55,963 bases of DNA from Gaiellales bacterium. Its GTDB lineage: Bacteria; Actinomycetota; Thermoleophilia; Gaiellales; JAICJC01. The notes beneath the pieces are model-generated. The model saw only the letters and a list, made by a program, of their open reading frames with translations. It made no database searches and was not told the DNA's origin. This document shows, piece by piece, positions 12,492-22,810 of the stretch. Position numbers and translations under genes: made by a program. The stretch is from contig DATAEI010000143.1 in assembly GCA_036258075.1 (NCBI GenBank), forward strand, positions 1 to 55,963, read 5' to 3'. Positions within the stretch are counted from its first letter, which is position 1; every line of letters starts with the position of its first letter.

Positions 12492-12760
12492 TCGGAGAGC
12501 TCGGCCGGCGTGTCGAGCCACACCTGGAGCGCGTTTCGGAGGCGCACGGCCTCGGCGAGGACGTCGGTCAGCTGCTGCTCGCGCGGCACGGCCGGCGCCG
12601 GCCGCCCGAGCCGCGTGAACAGCCGCTCCGTGTCGGCCGCCGACCATCGCCTGTCCTCGCCCACCTCGATGTGGACGGGAGTGTGGCGGCGGTCGGCGGC
12701 CTCCAGGAACCGGTCAAGGTCCCCCAGGAGCGCCTGCGCCAGTGCCGTGGGCTCGGACAC
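12488..12760 (-). CDS. hypothetical protein (90 aa)
   Basis: Protein-like composition and G/C-ending codons on the minus strand. The overlapping plus-strand ORF is Ser/Arg-rich. No family recognised. Confidence 0.45.
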   Translation of the reverse strand: MSEPTALAQALLGDLDRFLEAADRRHTPVHIEVGEDRRWSAADTERLFTRLGRPAPAVPREQQLTDVLAEAVRLRNALQVWLDTPAELSD

Positions 12761-12775
12761 TGCTCGATTCTACGG

Positions 12776-14173
12776 TCACACCGCCGGCTGGATGTTCTGG
12801 TTCACCCGGAACGTGTTCGAGGGGTCGTACTGCGCCTTCACCCGCGTGAGCCGGCTGTAGTTCGAGCGGTAGGCGGCCTTCACGCGATCCTGGCCCTCGT
12901 CCATCATGAAGTTGACGTACGCGCCGCCGGTCGCCGAGTACGGGTGGGTGGCGTCGAAGTAGTCGAGCGTCCACTGCCGCATGGCGTCGGCGCTCGCCGG
13001 GTCGGGGTCGGTGCCGTAGATGACCTGCGCCCACTGCACGTCGCGGTTCGCCCACGCCGTATCGGACTCGCCGACCTCGTGGACCGCCCCGTCGATCGGG
13101 TACATGTGCATCGTGGAGGCGCCGGGCGTCATCCGCTCGGCGTGCTCGCTGTGCGCCGCGATCGCCGCGTCGGACAGCTCGTTCACGAAGTCCGCGCGCC
13201 AGTAGCCCTGCATGCCCTTCGGGTAGAACGGGTCGAAGAAGCCCTGCAGGCCGGCGAACGGCAGCTCGTGCGCGCCGTGCATGAGCGGCTCGGCGGCCTC
13301 GAGCATCGGCGCCATGGCGGCCTGGGCGGCGTCGTTGTCGTCGCCGGCATAGCACCAGACCACGGCGGCGACCTTGCGGCCGTGCAACTCCTCGGGGAAC
13401 GGCGCCACCGGCGGGACCGTCGCGAACGCGAAGAACCCGTTCAGATCGCGCGGGGCCTGCGGGATGAACTCCCGATAGCGCTGCATGACGGCCGCGGTGT
13501 CGTCGAGCGACCAGAAGGTCGGGCCGGCGATCACCGTGCTCACGGGATACAGGCGATAGCGGAACTCGGTCACGACGCCGAAGTTCCCGCCGCCGCCGCG
13601 GAGCGCCCAGAAGAGGTCGGCGTTCTCGTCGGCAGAGGCCGTGACCTTCGAGCCGTCGGCGAGGACGACGTCGGCCCCGAGCAGGTTGTCGATGGTCAGG
13701 CCGTACTTGCGGGCCAGGTGGCCGATGCCGCCGCCGAGCGTCAGGCCGCCGACGCCGGTCGTGCCCAGGATGCCGAGCGGTGTCGCCATGCCGACCTCGG
13801 CGGTGGCCGCGTCGACCTGCGTCAGCGTGGCGCCGCCGCCGGCCGCCACGACGCGCCGATCGGCGTCGACGTTCACCGCGGAGAGCGATGCGAGGTCGAT
13901 GACCACGCCGTCGTCGACGGTCCCCAGGCCGGGGGCGCTGTGCCCGCCGCCGCGAACGGCGAGCGGCACGTCGTGCGCCCGGGCGAAGGCGATCGCCGCG
14001 GCGACGTCGTCGGTGCTCGCCGGCCGGACGATCACTCCGGGCGAGCGGTCGATCATCCCGTTGTGGACGCGGCGGGCCTCGTCGTAGCCGGCATCCTCGG
14101 GGCCGATGATCTCGCCTGCAAGGCCGCGAAGCTCCGACCGCGCGGCGCTGGACAGTGTCTCGGTGGTTGCCAT
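12776..14173 (-). CDS. FAD-binding oxidoreductase, BBE/vanillyl-alcohol-oxidase-like
   Basis: PGVIVRPASTDDVAAAIAFARAHDVPLAVRGGGHS, LFWALRGGGGNFGVVTEF and a C-terminal BBE-like tail (YVNF...LTRVKAQYDPSNTF). I chose the ATG at 14173, which has GAGGAG upstream. Confidence 0.85.
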   Translation of the reverse strand: MATTETLSSAARSELRGLAGEIIGPEDAGYDEARRVHNGMIDRSPGVIVRPASTDDVAAAIAFARAHDVPLAVRGGGHSAPGLGTVDDGVVIDLASLSAVNVDADRRVVAAGGGATLTQVDAATAEVGMATPLGILGTTGVGGLTLGGGIGHLARKYGLTIDNLLGADVVLADGSKVTASADENADLFWALRGGGGNFGVVTEFRYRLYPVSTVIAGPTFWSLDDTAAVMQRYREFIPQAPRDLNGFFAFATVPPVAPFPEELHGRKVAAVVWCYAGDDNDAAQAAMAPMLEAAEPLMHGAHELPFAGLQGFFDPFYPKGMQGYWRADFVNELSDAAIAAHSEHAERMTPGASTMHMYPIDGAVHEVGESDTAWANRDVQWAQVIYGTDPDPASADAMRQWTLDYFDATHPYSATGGAYVNFMMDEGQDRVKAAYRSNYSRLTRVKAQYDPSNTFRVNQNIQPAV

Positions 14174-14303
14174 GCGATCTCCTCTGTGTCGGTCGTGGGG
14201 TGATCCCGCACGCACGCTACGCACCCGGCGGCGAGAATGCATGACCCGATCTGACCCACTTTGCATGCCGCCCTGCGGCGCATGCGATGATCAGATCTGA
14301 CTA

Positions 14304-17258
14304 GTGGCGACTGAGACCCCTCTCTCGGCCCTTCCAGGACAGCTCCGGCTGGCACCGTCGTTCCCGTTCGTCGGCCGGCCGCGCGAGCTCGCGACGCTGC
14401 GCTCGCTGATGCCGTGGGCGGCCAGCGAGGGCCGCCGGATCGCGCTCGTCGGGGGCGAGGCGGGCTCCGGGAAGAGCCGGCTCGTGCGCGAGTTCGCCCA
14501 CGAGGCCGCGGCGGGCGGGGCGATCGTGCTCTACGGAGCCTGCGACTCGGTCGTGCGAACGCCGTACGGGCCGTTCGCGGAGGCGCTCGACGGGCTCGCC
14601 CGGATTGCCGATCCCGACCGCCTCCGTGCCGACCTCGGAACGGGCGGCGGGGAGCTGCGCCGGCTGCTTCCCGATCTGCCGGCGCGTGTCGGGACGCTGC
14701 CCGACCCGGTGACGGCCGACCAGGACACGGAGCGCCACCGTCTGCACATGGCGGTCGTGGAGCTCCTGGTGGCGACGGGCCGGCGGGCCCCGGTCCTGCT
14801 CGTGCTGGAGGACGCCCACTGGGCCGACCACCCGACCCTGCTTCTCCTCAGCCATCTGGGGCGGGCCGCGGCCGACGCCCGTCTGCTGGTCGTGGCGACG
14901 TTCCGTGACACCGAGGCCGACATGCCCCAGGATCTGGGCGACGCCCTGGTCGACCTGCGCCGTTCCGAGCAGGTCGCGCGCCTGCGCCTGAGCGGGCTCT
15001 CGGCGGCGGACGTCGAGGAGTTCCTGCGCCAGGCCGGCGGCGCCGCGCTCGGAGCGCTGCCGGAGCTCGCCGAGTCGCTCTTCGAGCTGACCGGAGGGAA
15101 CGCGTTCCTGCTGACGGAGGTCTGGCGGGCGATCGGCGAGACCGGGGCCGCCGACGTCGCCGGCTCGCTGGCCGCGCTCGACACGCCGGAGGGGGTGCGC
15201 GACGTCGTGAGCCAGCGGCTGGGCCGGCTGGGGCCCGAGACACGCGCGGTGCTCGAGCTGGCGTCGGTCGCAGGGCCGGAGTTCGAGACCGAGGTGATTC
15301 GCCAGGCCGGCGGGCTCGAGCCGGCGGCGCTGGCGGCGGCGCTCGACGAGGGCGTGCGCAGCGGCATGATCGAGGAGGTGCCGGGGCCGGCCCTCGGCCA
15401 TCACTTCGCCCACGAGCTCGTGCGCCGCGCGCTCTACGACCGCCTCCCGGCCGGGCGGCGGGCCGAGCTGCACCTGCGCATGGGCGAGGCGCTCGACGCG
15501 CGCTCCTCGGACAGGTCGGCCCGGGCGCTGGTCGACATCGCCCACCACTTCGCCGCAGCCGCGCCGCTGGGCGGCACCGACCGTGCCGTCGAGTACAGCC
15601 TGCTCGCCGCGGCGGCCGCGATGACGGCGCTCGCCTTCGACGAGGCCGCGGTGGCGCTGCGGACGGCGCTCGAGCTGGGCATCCCGGGGGGCACCGACAG
15701 GGCCGACGCGCTGCTCGACCTCGGCGCCGTGACGTTTCGCGCAGGCCGCTCGATCGACTCGCAGGATGCGTACCTGGCGGCGGCGGAGATCGCCCGTGGC
15801 CTGGGCGACGGCAAGCGCCTGTCCCGCGCCGCGGTCGGCTACGAGGACGCCTGCTGGCGGATGGGCATCGCCGACGAGGGCGCGCTCCAGCTCCTCGAGG
15901 AGGCAGGCGACGCGCTCGAGGCGGGCGACTCCCAGCTGCGGGTGCGCGTCCTGACGGCGCTCGGGCGGGCGCTGGCCTTCGCCGGCCGTCCGGAGGAGTG
16001 CGCCGCGGCGCGGGACGAGGCGATCGCGATGGGCGCACGGATCGGCGACCGCCGCGGGCTCGCGCTCGTCCTCAGCCGCTCGTACTGGCTGCGGGGCCCG
16101 ACCCCGCTGGCCGAGATCCTCGACATGCTCGCCGAGGGCCGCGACCTCGCCCGCAGGATCGGCGACATCGAGATCGTCGCCGAGGCGTTCCAGTGGCGGA
16201 TCGCCGCGCTCATCGCCATCGGCGACCTGAGCGCGGCTCGGGTCGAGCTGGCCGCGCTGCTCGAGACCGCCGGGCGCATGCGCCAGCCGTTCGCGCTGCA
16301 CGTCGCCGAGCAGTACGCGGCGGCCATTGCGCTCTGCGACGGGCGCCTGGCCGAGGCGGAGGCGGCGGCCGAGCGCTCGCGGGAGTGGAGCCGCCTCCTG
16401 GCCGGCCGCGACCCGTCGAGCGTGTACGGCATCCAGATGTTCGGGATCCGGCGCGAGCAGGGGCGGCTGGCGGAGCTCGCGCCGGCGGTGCGGGCGCTGG
16501 TCGCGTCCGGCCGCGCCGACTCGTGGCGGCCGGGGCTCGCGGCGCTCATGGCCGAGCTTGGCATGGTGCGCGAGGCCCGGGAGGAGCTCGCGGCGATCCG
16601 CGCCGAGGGGCTCGACCGCCTGCGCCCGTCGCTGTGGCTCGCGTCGCTCACGTACCTGGCGGACGTGTGCGCCGCCGTCGCCGACGCCGAGATGGCCGAG
16701 CTGGTCTACGCCGAGCTCCTGCCGCACGCCGGAAGCAGCGTGATGATCGGGCACGCGGTGGCCTGCTACGGCGCCGCCGACCGCTACCTGGGCATGCTGG
16801 CGGCCGCCGCGGGCGACCGCGACCGTGCCGTCGCCCACTTCGAGGCGGCGCTCGACCAGGACCGGGCGGCCGGCGCCGCGACCTGGGTGGCGCACACCGC
16901 CTTCGAGTACGGCCGCCTGCTGCGTAACCGCGGCCGCGACGAGGACGCCGGGTATGCCCGGGAGCTGCTCGCGGAGTCCGCAGAGCTCGCCAGGCGGATC
17001 GGCATGCGGACGCTGTATGAGCGGCTCCAGCCACGGGGCGGGCCGGTCGAGCCGCCCGCCGGTCTCTCCCCGCGGGAGGTCGAGATCCTGCGGCTTGTCG
17101 CCCGGGGCCTCTCGAACCGCGATGTCGGCAGAGCGCTCTCGATCAGCGAGCACACGGCGGCGAACCACATCCGCAGCATCCTGCGCAAGACCGGCTCCGC
17201 CAACCGCACGGAGGCCGCGGCGTACGCCCACACCAACGGCCTGCTCGGTGCGGGCTAA
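14304..17258 (+). CDS. large ATP-binding LuxR-family (LAL/MalT-like) transcriptional regulator
   Basis: N-terminal P-loop GGEAGSGKS, a long helical/TPR-like middle, and the C-terminal Lux[46 protein letters not shown]. Confidence 0.85.
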   Translation: MATETPLSALPGQLRLAPSFPFVGRPRELATLRSLMPWAASEGRRIALVGGEAGSGKSRLVREFAHEAAAGGAIVLYGACDSVVRTPYGPFAEALDGLARIADPDRLRADLGTGGGELRRLLPDLPARVGTLPDPVTADQDTERHRLHMAVVELLVATGRRAPVLLVLEDAHWADHPTLLLLSHLGRAAADARLLVVATFRDTEADMPQDLGDALVDLRRSEQVARLRLSGLSAADVEEFLRQAGGAALGALPELAESLFELTGGNAFLLTEVWRAIGETGAADVAGSLAALDTPEGVRDVVSQRLGRLGPETRAVLELASVAGPEFETEVIRQAGGLEPAALAAALDEGVRSGMIEEVPGPALGHHFAHELVRRALYDRLPAGRRAELHLRMGEALDARSSDRSARALVDIAHHFAAAAPLGGTDRAVEYSLLAAAAAMTALAFDEAAVALRTALELGIPGGTDRADALLDLGAVTFRAGRSIDSQDAYLAAAEIARGLGDGKRLSRAAVGYEDACWRMGIADEGALQLLEEAGDALEAGDSQLRVRVLTALGRALAFAGRPEECAAARDEAIAMGARIGDRRGLALVLSRSYWLRGPTPLAEILDMLAEGRDLARRIGDIEIVAEAFQWRIAALIAIGDLSAARVELAALLETAGRMRQPFALHVAEQYAAAIALCDGRLAEAEAAAERSREWSRLLAGRDPSSVYGIQMFGIRREQGRLAELAPAVRALVASGRADSWRPGLAALMAELGMVREAREELAAIRAEGLDRLRPSLWLASLTYLADVCAAVADAEMAELVYAELLPHAGSSVMIGHAVACYGAADRYLGMLAAAAGDRDRAVAHFEAALDQDRAAGAATWVAHTAFEYGRLLRNRGRDEDAGYARELLAESAELARRIGMRTLYERLQPRGGPVEPPAGLSPREVEILRLVARGLSNRDVGRALSISEHTAANHIRSILRKTGSANRTEAAAYAHTNGLLGAG

Positions 17259-17268
17259 CATGCTCACG

Positions 17269-17526
17269 ATGCCGCTCTACATCGTCGAACGAGACTTCTC
17301 CGACCAGCTCGACCTGACGGGCTCGGATGTGCGCCTGATCGAGGAGGTCAACGCCGACGAGGGGACGACCTGGCTGTTCTCGTTCCTGAGCGCCGACCGC
17401 AAGCGGTCGTACTGCCTCTATGAGGCGCCGTCCCCCGACGAGATCCTGGCCGCGGCGAAGCGCAACAACATCCCGGCCGATGCGATCGTCGAGGTGAGCC
17501 GGCTCACCCCGAGCCTGGTCGTCTAG
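17269..17526 (+). CDS. DUF4242-like small protein
   Basis: MPLYIVERDF...SYCLYEAPSPDEILAAAKRNNIPADAIVEV resembles the DUF4242 pattern (MP.Y.VER...C.Y.APS.E). An alternative ATG lies at 17260. Confidence 0.6.
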   Translation: MPLYIVERDFSDQLDLTGSDVRLIEEVNADEGTTWLFSFLSADRKRSYCLYEAPSPDEILAAAKRNNIPADAIVEVSRLTPSLVV

Positions 17527-18364
17527 CTCCCCGCGACACCGCGGCCCTGATCCCCGAGGGCGGCGCGCCCAGCGTGCGCCGGAACGTGTCGGTCAGGTGG
17601 CTGTGGCTCGCAAAGCCGCACTCGGCCGCGATCGCCGCCAGGTCGTCGCCTCCCGCCAGCAGCCGCTCGAGGGCGGCCCGGATCCGAAGCTGGGTGCGGT
17701 AGGCGGCGATCGTCGTCCCCGTCTCCCGGCGGAAGACGCGGACGAGGTGAAAGCGCGACGTGTGCAGCTCGCGCGCCAGCTCAGCGAGCGGCATCTGGTC
17801 GAGCGCCCGCGCCCCCAGGAGCGCCTTCGCGTCCTCGACGAGGCTCCTGTGAACCGTCCGCGTCGCGGGGCGTCCTCGCCCCGGCGGCCTCTGCGACCGC
17901 GCGGCCGCGAGCGCGGATCCGAGCACGTGCTGAACCGCCTCCTCCGCGGAGAGCGGATCGACGGCGGCGTGCTTCAGCCGGTGGACGAGGAGCCGGATCT
18001 CGAGGTGGAGCGCAGGGTCACGGAGGCAGTGGACCGCGGCGAAGCTGCCGCCGGCCACCTCGTCCATGGCCGTCCCGTCGAGGGTCACGAAGTAGCTGTG
18101 GTCGCCCCGCCCGTCGCGGACGAACCGCCGGAAGCGCTGGTCGGCGTTGTAGAAGACGACGTGGTTCGGGTTCACCACGGCCCGCGGCCGTCCGAGCTGG
18201 ACGATCGCGACGCTCGTCTGCGGGAAGACGACATGCGAGGTCGTGCCGATGTCGTTCAGCTCCTCCCAGCGGCGGTCGTCCGGCGGGCAGGTGAACTCGC
18301 CGAGCGCCAGCCCGGCCCCGCCCCACAGCAGCCGCTCGGCGGCCGTATCCCCGGACCTGGTCAC
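17504..18364 (-). CDS. AraC-family transcriptional regulator
   Basis: C-terminal double HTH: LARELHTSRFHLVRVFRRETGTTIAAYR...CGFASHSHLTDTFRR. The 3' end overlaps the DUF4242 gene convergently. Confidence 0.85.
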   Translation of the reverse strand: MTRSGDTAAERLLWGGAGLALGEFTCPPDDRRWEELNDIGTTSHVVFPQTSVAIVQLGRPRAVVNPNHVVFYNADQRFRRFVRDGRGDHSYFVTLDGTAMDEVAGGSFAAVHCLRDPALHLEIRLLVHRLKHAAVDPLSAEEAVQHVLGSALAAARSQRPPGRGRPATRTVHRSLVEDAKALLGARALDQMPLAELARELHTSRFHLVRVFRRETGTTIAAYRTQLRIRAALERLLAGGDDLAAIAAECGFASHSHLTDTFRRTLGAPPSGIRAAVSRGARRPGSG

Positions 18365-18415
18365 CCCTTCAGGATACGGCCGCCGCGGCGGCGCACTTCC
18401 GGATTCGTGCTCGAT

Positions 18416-19693
18416 TCAGCCGGCGATCACGTAGACCGTGTCGAGGTTGGCCGCCGAGACGAGGTAGTCGATCCGGCCGTCGTGGTTCGTGTCGCCGATC
18501 CCGACCGCGTCGAACCCGAAGTTCTCGTTCTCGGTGGTGCTCGTCATCGTGCGGATCAGCGAGCCGTCCGCACCGGAGAAGATCTGCGCCTTCCCCGCCT
18601 GGCTCGCGCCGTCGTTCGACGTGTACGAGCCGACGATCAGGTCGACCCTGCCGTCGCCGTTCACGTCGCCCGCCTCGCGGCCGGGGCCGAGCCCGGCGCC
18701 GTCGGCACCGAGCCATGCGTGCAACAGGTGCCCGTCGTCGCCGGAGTAGACGGCGGCCCGGCCCGACGCCGTGCCGTTCGCCGAGTCGTTGTAGTCGGCG
18801 GCGTAGACATCCGGGATGCCGTCGCCGTTCGTGTCGCCGACGCCGGCGACGAAGAACGACCCGAACGAGTCGGCGCTCGCCGGCGGATCGATGCGATAGA
18901 GCCGCTTGCCGGTCCGGCCGGAGAACACGTACGCCGCGCCTCCGCGGGCCGGCCCGGCGTCCTTGGCGCCCACGATCTCGTCGGGCACGCCGTCGTGGTT
19001 CACGTCGGCCGTCCAGTCGGTGCCGGTTCCGAACGAGTCGCCCGGCTCCCCGGCCGAGAGCGTCTCGATCCGATGGAGCGTGCGACCCGAGTAGACGTAG
19101 GCGTGCCCCGGCGCCGACCCCGCCGCGCCGGTGCCGGGCGCGCCGATCAGGAGATCGGCGCGGCCGTCGTGGTTGACGTCGCCCGCCGATGAGACGGCCG
19201 CGCCGAACGAATCGCCGTCGGCGAGCCCTGTGAAGCGGTGCAGGAGCTGGCCGGTGGCGCCGGAGTAGAGGTAGGCCCGGCCCGCACCCGTCCCGTCGCC
19301 CGGTGCGCCGGTCACGATGTCCGCGGTCCCGTCGCCGTTCACGTCGCCGGCGTCGGCGATGGCGTAGCCCTGGGCGTCGGAGCCGGCGCCGTGGAAGCGG
19401 TAGATCAGCCGGCCGGTGCGGCCGGAGTAGACCCACGTGCGGCCGCGGCCGGCGGACGTGAGCTGCGGCTCGCCGACGATGATGTCGGTGACGCCGTCGT
19501 GGTCGATGTCGCGGAGCTCGCTGACGGCCCATCCGAAGTAGCCGCCCGCGCCCGGCGCGGGGCCGGTGAACGTGTGCAGCACGGTGACTGGCTGGACGAA
19601 CGTGCCGGCTCCGGCCGCTCCGGGAGCGGCGGCCAGCATGACGCCGATCGCGGCAACCGCCGCTGACCGGACGAGGCGCCGGTTCATGGTCAC
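18416..19693 (-). CDS. secreted FG-GAP/VCBS repeat protein
   Basis: Signal peptide, then repeated FG..(GDVNGDG.DL/I..GAP) modules. Confidence 0.8.
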   Translation of the reverse strand: MTMNRRLVRSAAVAAIGVMLAAAPGAAGAGTFVQPVTVLHTFTGPAPGAGGYFGWAVSELRDIDHDGVTDIIVGEPQLTSAGRGRTWVYSGRTGRLIYRFHGAGSDAQGYAIADAGDVNGDGTADIVTGAPGDGTGAGRAYLYSGATGQLLHRFTGLADGDSFGAAVSSAGDVNHDGRADLLIGAPGTGAAGSAPGHAYVYSGRTLHRIETLSAGEPGDSFGTGTDWTADVNHDGVPDEIVGAKDAGPARGGAAYVFSGRTGKRLYRIDPPASADSFGSFFVAGVGDTNGDGIPDVYAADYNDSANGTASGRAAVYSGDDGHLLHAWLGADGAGLGPGREAGDVNGDGRVDLIVGSYTSNDGASQAGKAQIFSGADGSLIRTMTSTTENENFGFDAVGIGDTNHDGRIDYLVSAANLDTVYVIAG

Positions 19694-19775
19694 GGGATCC
19701 TCCTCGGGCTCGTGGTGTTCCGGAGCCGAAGGTAGGGGCGAACGCCGAGCCGCGCTTCCGCGGACGTGCTCGCTT

Positions 19776-21497
19776 CTAGAGGAGCGAGTACTCCGGCCCG
19801 CTGCCGCCCTCGGGGGGCGTGAGCCGGCCGCCCTTGGCGGTGATCGCGCCGCACTGGACGCAGTTCGAGGGCGTGAGCTTCACCTCGACCATGCCGTCGT
19901 CGGTGCGCTCGCCCAGCTCGTAGACGGCCGCCGGGCACATGGCCACCCACGACTCGGCCACCTCGACCGGCACCCGCCGGCGCACACGGATGTGGTTGGG
20001 CTGGTCGTCGCGGCTGCGGTTCCCGGAGAGAAAGACGCTCGAGAGCTTGTCGAACGTGAGCGAGCCGTCGGGCTCGGGGTAGTCGCGCGGCTCCACCCGC
20101 AGCGCCGCCTCGGCATCGCGCCGGGTGCGGAACGTGCCGCCGGGGAAGGCGCCGCGCGTCAGGTCCATCGTGCTCGCGAGGCCGCCGCCGACCATGAGCC
20201 CCTTGGTCAGCGCCTGGCGCATGTTGCGCACCCGGTGCAGGTCGCGCCAGATGTGGCTCGCCTTGACGCGGCGGTCGTAGCCGTCGAGCGCACCGGCCGC
20301 GGCCGGATCTCCACCGGCCTTCAGCACCTCGTGCACGGTCTCGGCGGCCAGCATGCCGGAGCGCATCGCGTAGTGGATGCCCTTCAGCTTCGGGACGTTC
20401 ACGAACCCGGCGGAGTCGCCGGTGAGCACGGCCCCCGGCACCGAGATCCGGTCAGGCACCGAGTAGAGCCCGCCCTCGGGGATCGTCTTTGCGCCCCAGG
20501 CCTCACGCTCGCCGCCGTGGAGGAGCTCGCGGATCATGGGGTGGGTCTTGAACTGCTGGAGCAGGTCGTGCACCGAGAGGGCGGCGTCGTGGTACTCGAG
20601 CCCGACCACGAGCCCGATCGCGAGCCGGTCCTCACCCATCGGGTAGATGAAGCTCCCGCCGGTCTCGCCGTGCTTTCCGGCCCAGCGCAGCGGCCAGCCG
20701 AGCGTGTGGATGACCCGGTCGAGCGGCCGCGCCACCTTCCAGATCTCCTTCACCCCGAGGCTCCAGACCTGCGGGTTCACGCTGCGCAGGCTGTACTCCT
20801 CCGCGAGCGCGCCGGCGAGGTGGCCCTGGGTGCCCTCGCAGAGGACGGTGACCCGGGCCCGGATCTCGACGCCCGGTTCGTAGGCGGACGTGGGCTGGCC
20901 GTCGCGGTCGAGGCCCTTGTCGCCGGTCACGACGCCCCGCACGGCGCCGCCGTCGACGAGCAGCTTCGCGGCCGCGGTCTCCGGGAGCACCATCGCGCCC
21001 AGCTCCTCTGCCTGCTCGGACAGATGGCGGCCGAGCTGTGCGAGGGAGAAGATCCAGTTGCCCTTGTTGTGGAACGGTGGCGGCGTGGGGAGGCGCACCG
21101 AGTAGCCCGGGCGCATGAGGTACACGGCCTCCTTGCGCACCGGCCCGAAGCTCGGCAGCTGCTCCAGCGGCGTCCCCGGGAGGAGGTCGCGCAGCGCCGA
21201 CGGGTTCACTACCGCGCCGGACAGGAGGTGGGCGCCGGCCACACGGCCCTTGTCGATCACGGCGATGGGCGTCTCGCCGAGCGCCTCGGCGGTCGCGGGA
21301 TCCTCGGCGAGCAGCTGGCCCATGCGGATCGCGCCGGCGAGCCCGGCCGGGCCCGCCCCGACGAACAGCACGCCGACGTCGATGCGCTCGTCCTCGCCGG
21401 CCTCCGGAGCCGCGATGAATTCACGCACCCGTACGGGAGGTGGGTAGTCGGCGGGGCGGCGGGGCACGGCGGTGAGGATAACCTGCCGCGCGTGCAC
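19776..21497 (-). CDS. electron transfer flavoprotein-ubiquinone oxidoreductase (ETF-QO)
   Basis: [19 protein letters not shown] motif and a C-terminal 4Fe-4S region (CPAAVYE...CVQCG). The start is uncertain: GTG 21497, or downstream GTGs at 21467 or 21428. Confidence 0.88.
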   Translation of the reverse strand: MHARQVILTAVPRRPADYPPPVRVREFIAAPEAGEDERIDVGVLFVGAGPAGLAGAIRMGQLLAEDPATAEALGETPIAVIDKGRVAGAHLLSGAVVNPSALRDLLPGTPLEQLPSFGPVRKEAVYLMRPGYSVRLPTPPPFHNKGNWIFSLAQLGRHLSEQAEELGAMVLPETAAAKLLVDGGAVRGVVTGDKGLDRDGQPTSAYEPGVEIRARVTVLCEGTQGHLAGALAEEYSLRSVNPQVWSLGVKEIWKVARPLDRVIHTLGWPLRWAGKHGETGGSFIYPMGEDRLAIGLVVGLEYHDAALSVHDLLQQFKTHPMIRELLHGGEREAWGAKTIPEGGLYSVPDRISVPGAVLTGDSAGFVNVPKLKGIHYAMRSGMLAAETVHEVLKAGGDPAAAGALDGYDRRVKASHIWRDLHRVRNMRQALTKGLMVGGGLASTMDLTRGAFPGGTFRTRRDAEAALRVEPRDYPEPDGSLTFDKLSSVFLSGNRSRDDQPNHIRVRRRVPVEVAESWVAMCPAAVYELGERTDDGMVEVKLTPSNCVQCGAITAKGGRLTPPEGGSGPEYSLL

Positions 21498-22520
21498 CCC
21501 GTCGATCTTCGCTCAGACACCGTCACCCGCCCGACGCCGGAGATGCGCAGGGCCATGGCCGAGGCCGAGGTCGGCGACGACGTCTGGGGCGACGACCCGA
21601 CGGTGATCGAGCTCGAAGCCGAGACGGCCCGCGTGCTCGGGAAGGAGGCCGCGGTGTACGTCCCGTCGGGCACGATGGGAAACCAGGCCGCGGTGCGTGC
21701 CCACACCCGCCGCGGCGACGAGCTCCTCGTCCACCGTCTCGCGCACGTCGTCGTGCACGAGCAGGGCGGGGTGTCGGCGCTCTCGGGCGTCCAGCCGAAC
21801 CTGCTCGACGGCGATCGCGGCATGCTCGACGTCGAGACGCTCGAGACGGCGTGGCACGACGCGAGCGACCCCCACTACGCCCGCCAGTCGCTGGTCTGCA
21901 TCGAGAACACGGTCGGCGAGGCGGGCGGGCTCGTCATGCCGCCGGAGCGGATCGCGGCCATCGCCGGCTTCGCCCGCAGCTACGGGCTGCGGCTGCACAT
22001 GGACGGCGCCCGCCTGTGGAACGCCGCCGTCGCCCTCGGGCTGCCGCCGGCCGAGCTCGTCCGCGAGGTCGACTCGGTGTCGGTGTGCTTCTCGAAGGGC
22101 CTCGGGGCGCCGGTCGGCTCGGCGGTCGCGGGGAGCGCCGAGGTGATCGCCGAGGTGCGCCGGAACCGCAAGCTCTTCGGCGGAGGCATGCGCCAGGCGG
22201 GCATCATCGCCGCGGGCGCGCTGCACGCCCTGCGACACCACGTCGAGCGGCTGGCCGACGACCATCGCAACGCCCGCCGCCTGGCCGAGGGGCTCGCCGG
22301 GGCGGGCCGGATCAGCGTCGATCCCGAGGCCGTCGAGACCAACATCGTGATCTGCCGCGTCCCCGACGGATCGGCCGAGGCGCTGGTCTCGGAGCTCGGC
22401 GAGGCGGGCGTCCTGGCGGGCGCCCTGAGCGCCCACGAGGTGCGGTTCGTCACCCATCTGGACGCCCCGGAGGCCGCTGTGGACGCGGCCCTGGAGCGGA
22501 TGACCCCGCTGCTACGATGA
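21492..22520 (+). CDS. ltaE: low-specificity L-threonine aldolase
   Basis: [19 protein letters not shown] and the [11 protein letters not shown] signature next to the N-terminus. The GTG at 21492 is the only start upstream of that motif. Confidence 0.88.
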   Translation: MHPVDLRSDTVTRPTPEMRRAMAEAEVGDDVWGDDPTVIELEAETARVLGKEAAVYVPSGTMGNQAAVRAHTRRGDELLVHRLAHVVVHEQGGVSALSGVQPNLLDGDRGMLDVETLETAWHDASDPHYARQSLVCIENTVGEAGGLVMPPERIAAIAGFARSYGLRLHMDGARLWNAAVALGLPPAELVREVDSVSVCFSKGLGAPVGSAVAGSAEVIAEVRRNRKLFGGGMRQAGIIAAGALHALRHHVERLADDHRNARRLAEGLAGAGRISVDPEAVETNIVICRVPDGSAEALVSELGEAGVLAGALSAHEVRFVTHLDAPEAAVDAALERMTPLLR

Positions 22521-22524
22521 CCGT

Positions 22525-22731
22525 ATGAAAACCGACATCCACCCCGAGTACGTGGTCGCTCACGTCCGCTGCTCGTGCGGGAACGAGTTCATCACGCGGG
22601 CCACGAAGCCCGAGCTCCACGTCGAGATCTGCTCGGAGTGCCACCCGTTCTACACCGGCAAGCAGAAGCTGGTCGACACCGGTGGCCGCGTCGAGCGGTT
22701 CCGTCGCCGCCAGGCGAAGTCCTCTTCGTAG
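22525..22731 (+). CDS. rpmE: 50S ribosomal protein L31 (Cys-containing, type A)
   Basis: MKTDIHPEY...CSCGNEF...[12 protein letters not shown]. Confidence 0.95.
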   Translation: MKTDIHPEYVVAHVRCSCGNEFITRATKPELHVEICSECHPFYTGKQKLVDTGGRVERFRRRQAKSSS

Positions 22732-22810
22732 GGCAGCCGGGCATCAAACGATCCGCACGCTCAGGTCGGGGCCCCCATGTGCCGAACTACTCCGGTATGA
22801 AGGTGGCCCC

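Noticed and set aside
12510-12860. 116-aa plus-strand ORF overlapping the 90-aa minus-strand hypothetical gene and the end of the FAD oxidase.
   Set aside because: Ser/Arg-rich shadow translation. The minus-strand frame has protein-like composition and G/C-ending codons.
14301-17267. 988-aa minus-strand ORF covering the whole LAL regulator gene. Similar very long ORFs include 421..1554(-), 5616..7313(-), 7397..9103(-), 11240..14203(+), 17597..19192(+), 25442..28036(-), 30738..32954(-), 33091..35265(-), 43582..45564(-) and 45287..48127(-).
   Set aside because: Their translations are monotonous Arg/Pro/Gly/Ala/Asp-rich strings with no motifs. Each lies opposite, or out of frame with, a gene that has clear family signatures. 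Stop-free shadow frames of this kind are expected at this G+C content.
19566-21491. The N-terminal two-thirds of the 984-aa plus-strand ORF that ends as threonine aldolase. The upstream parts of track ORFs 771..2531, 6470..9094, 10767..12491, 24998..26614 and 29280..31148 are similar.
   Set aside because: Only the C-terminal portion has recognisable homology. The upstream portion overlaps a well-supported gene in another frame or strand and is Arg/Gly/Pro-rich. An internal start fits the conserved N-terminus of each family.
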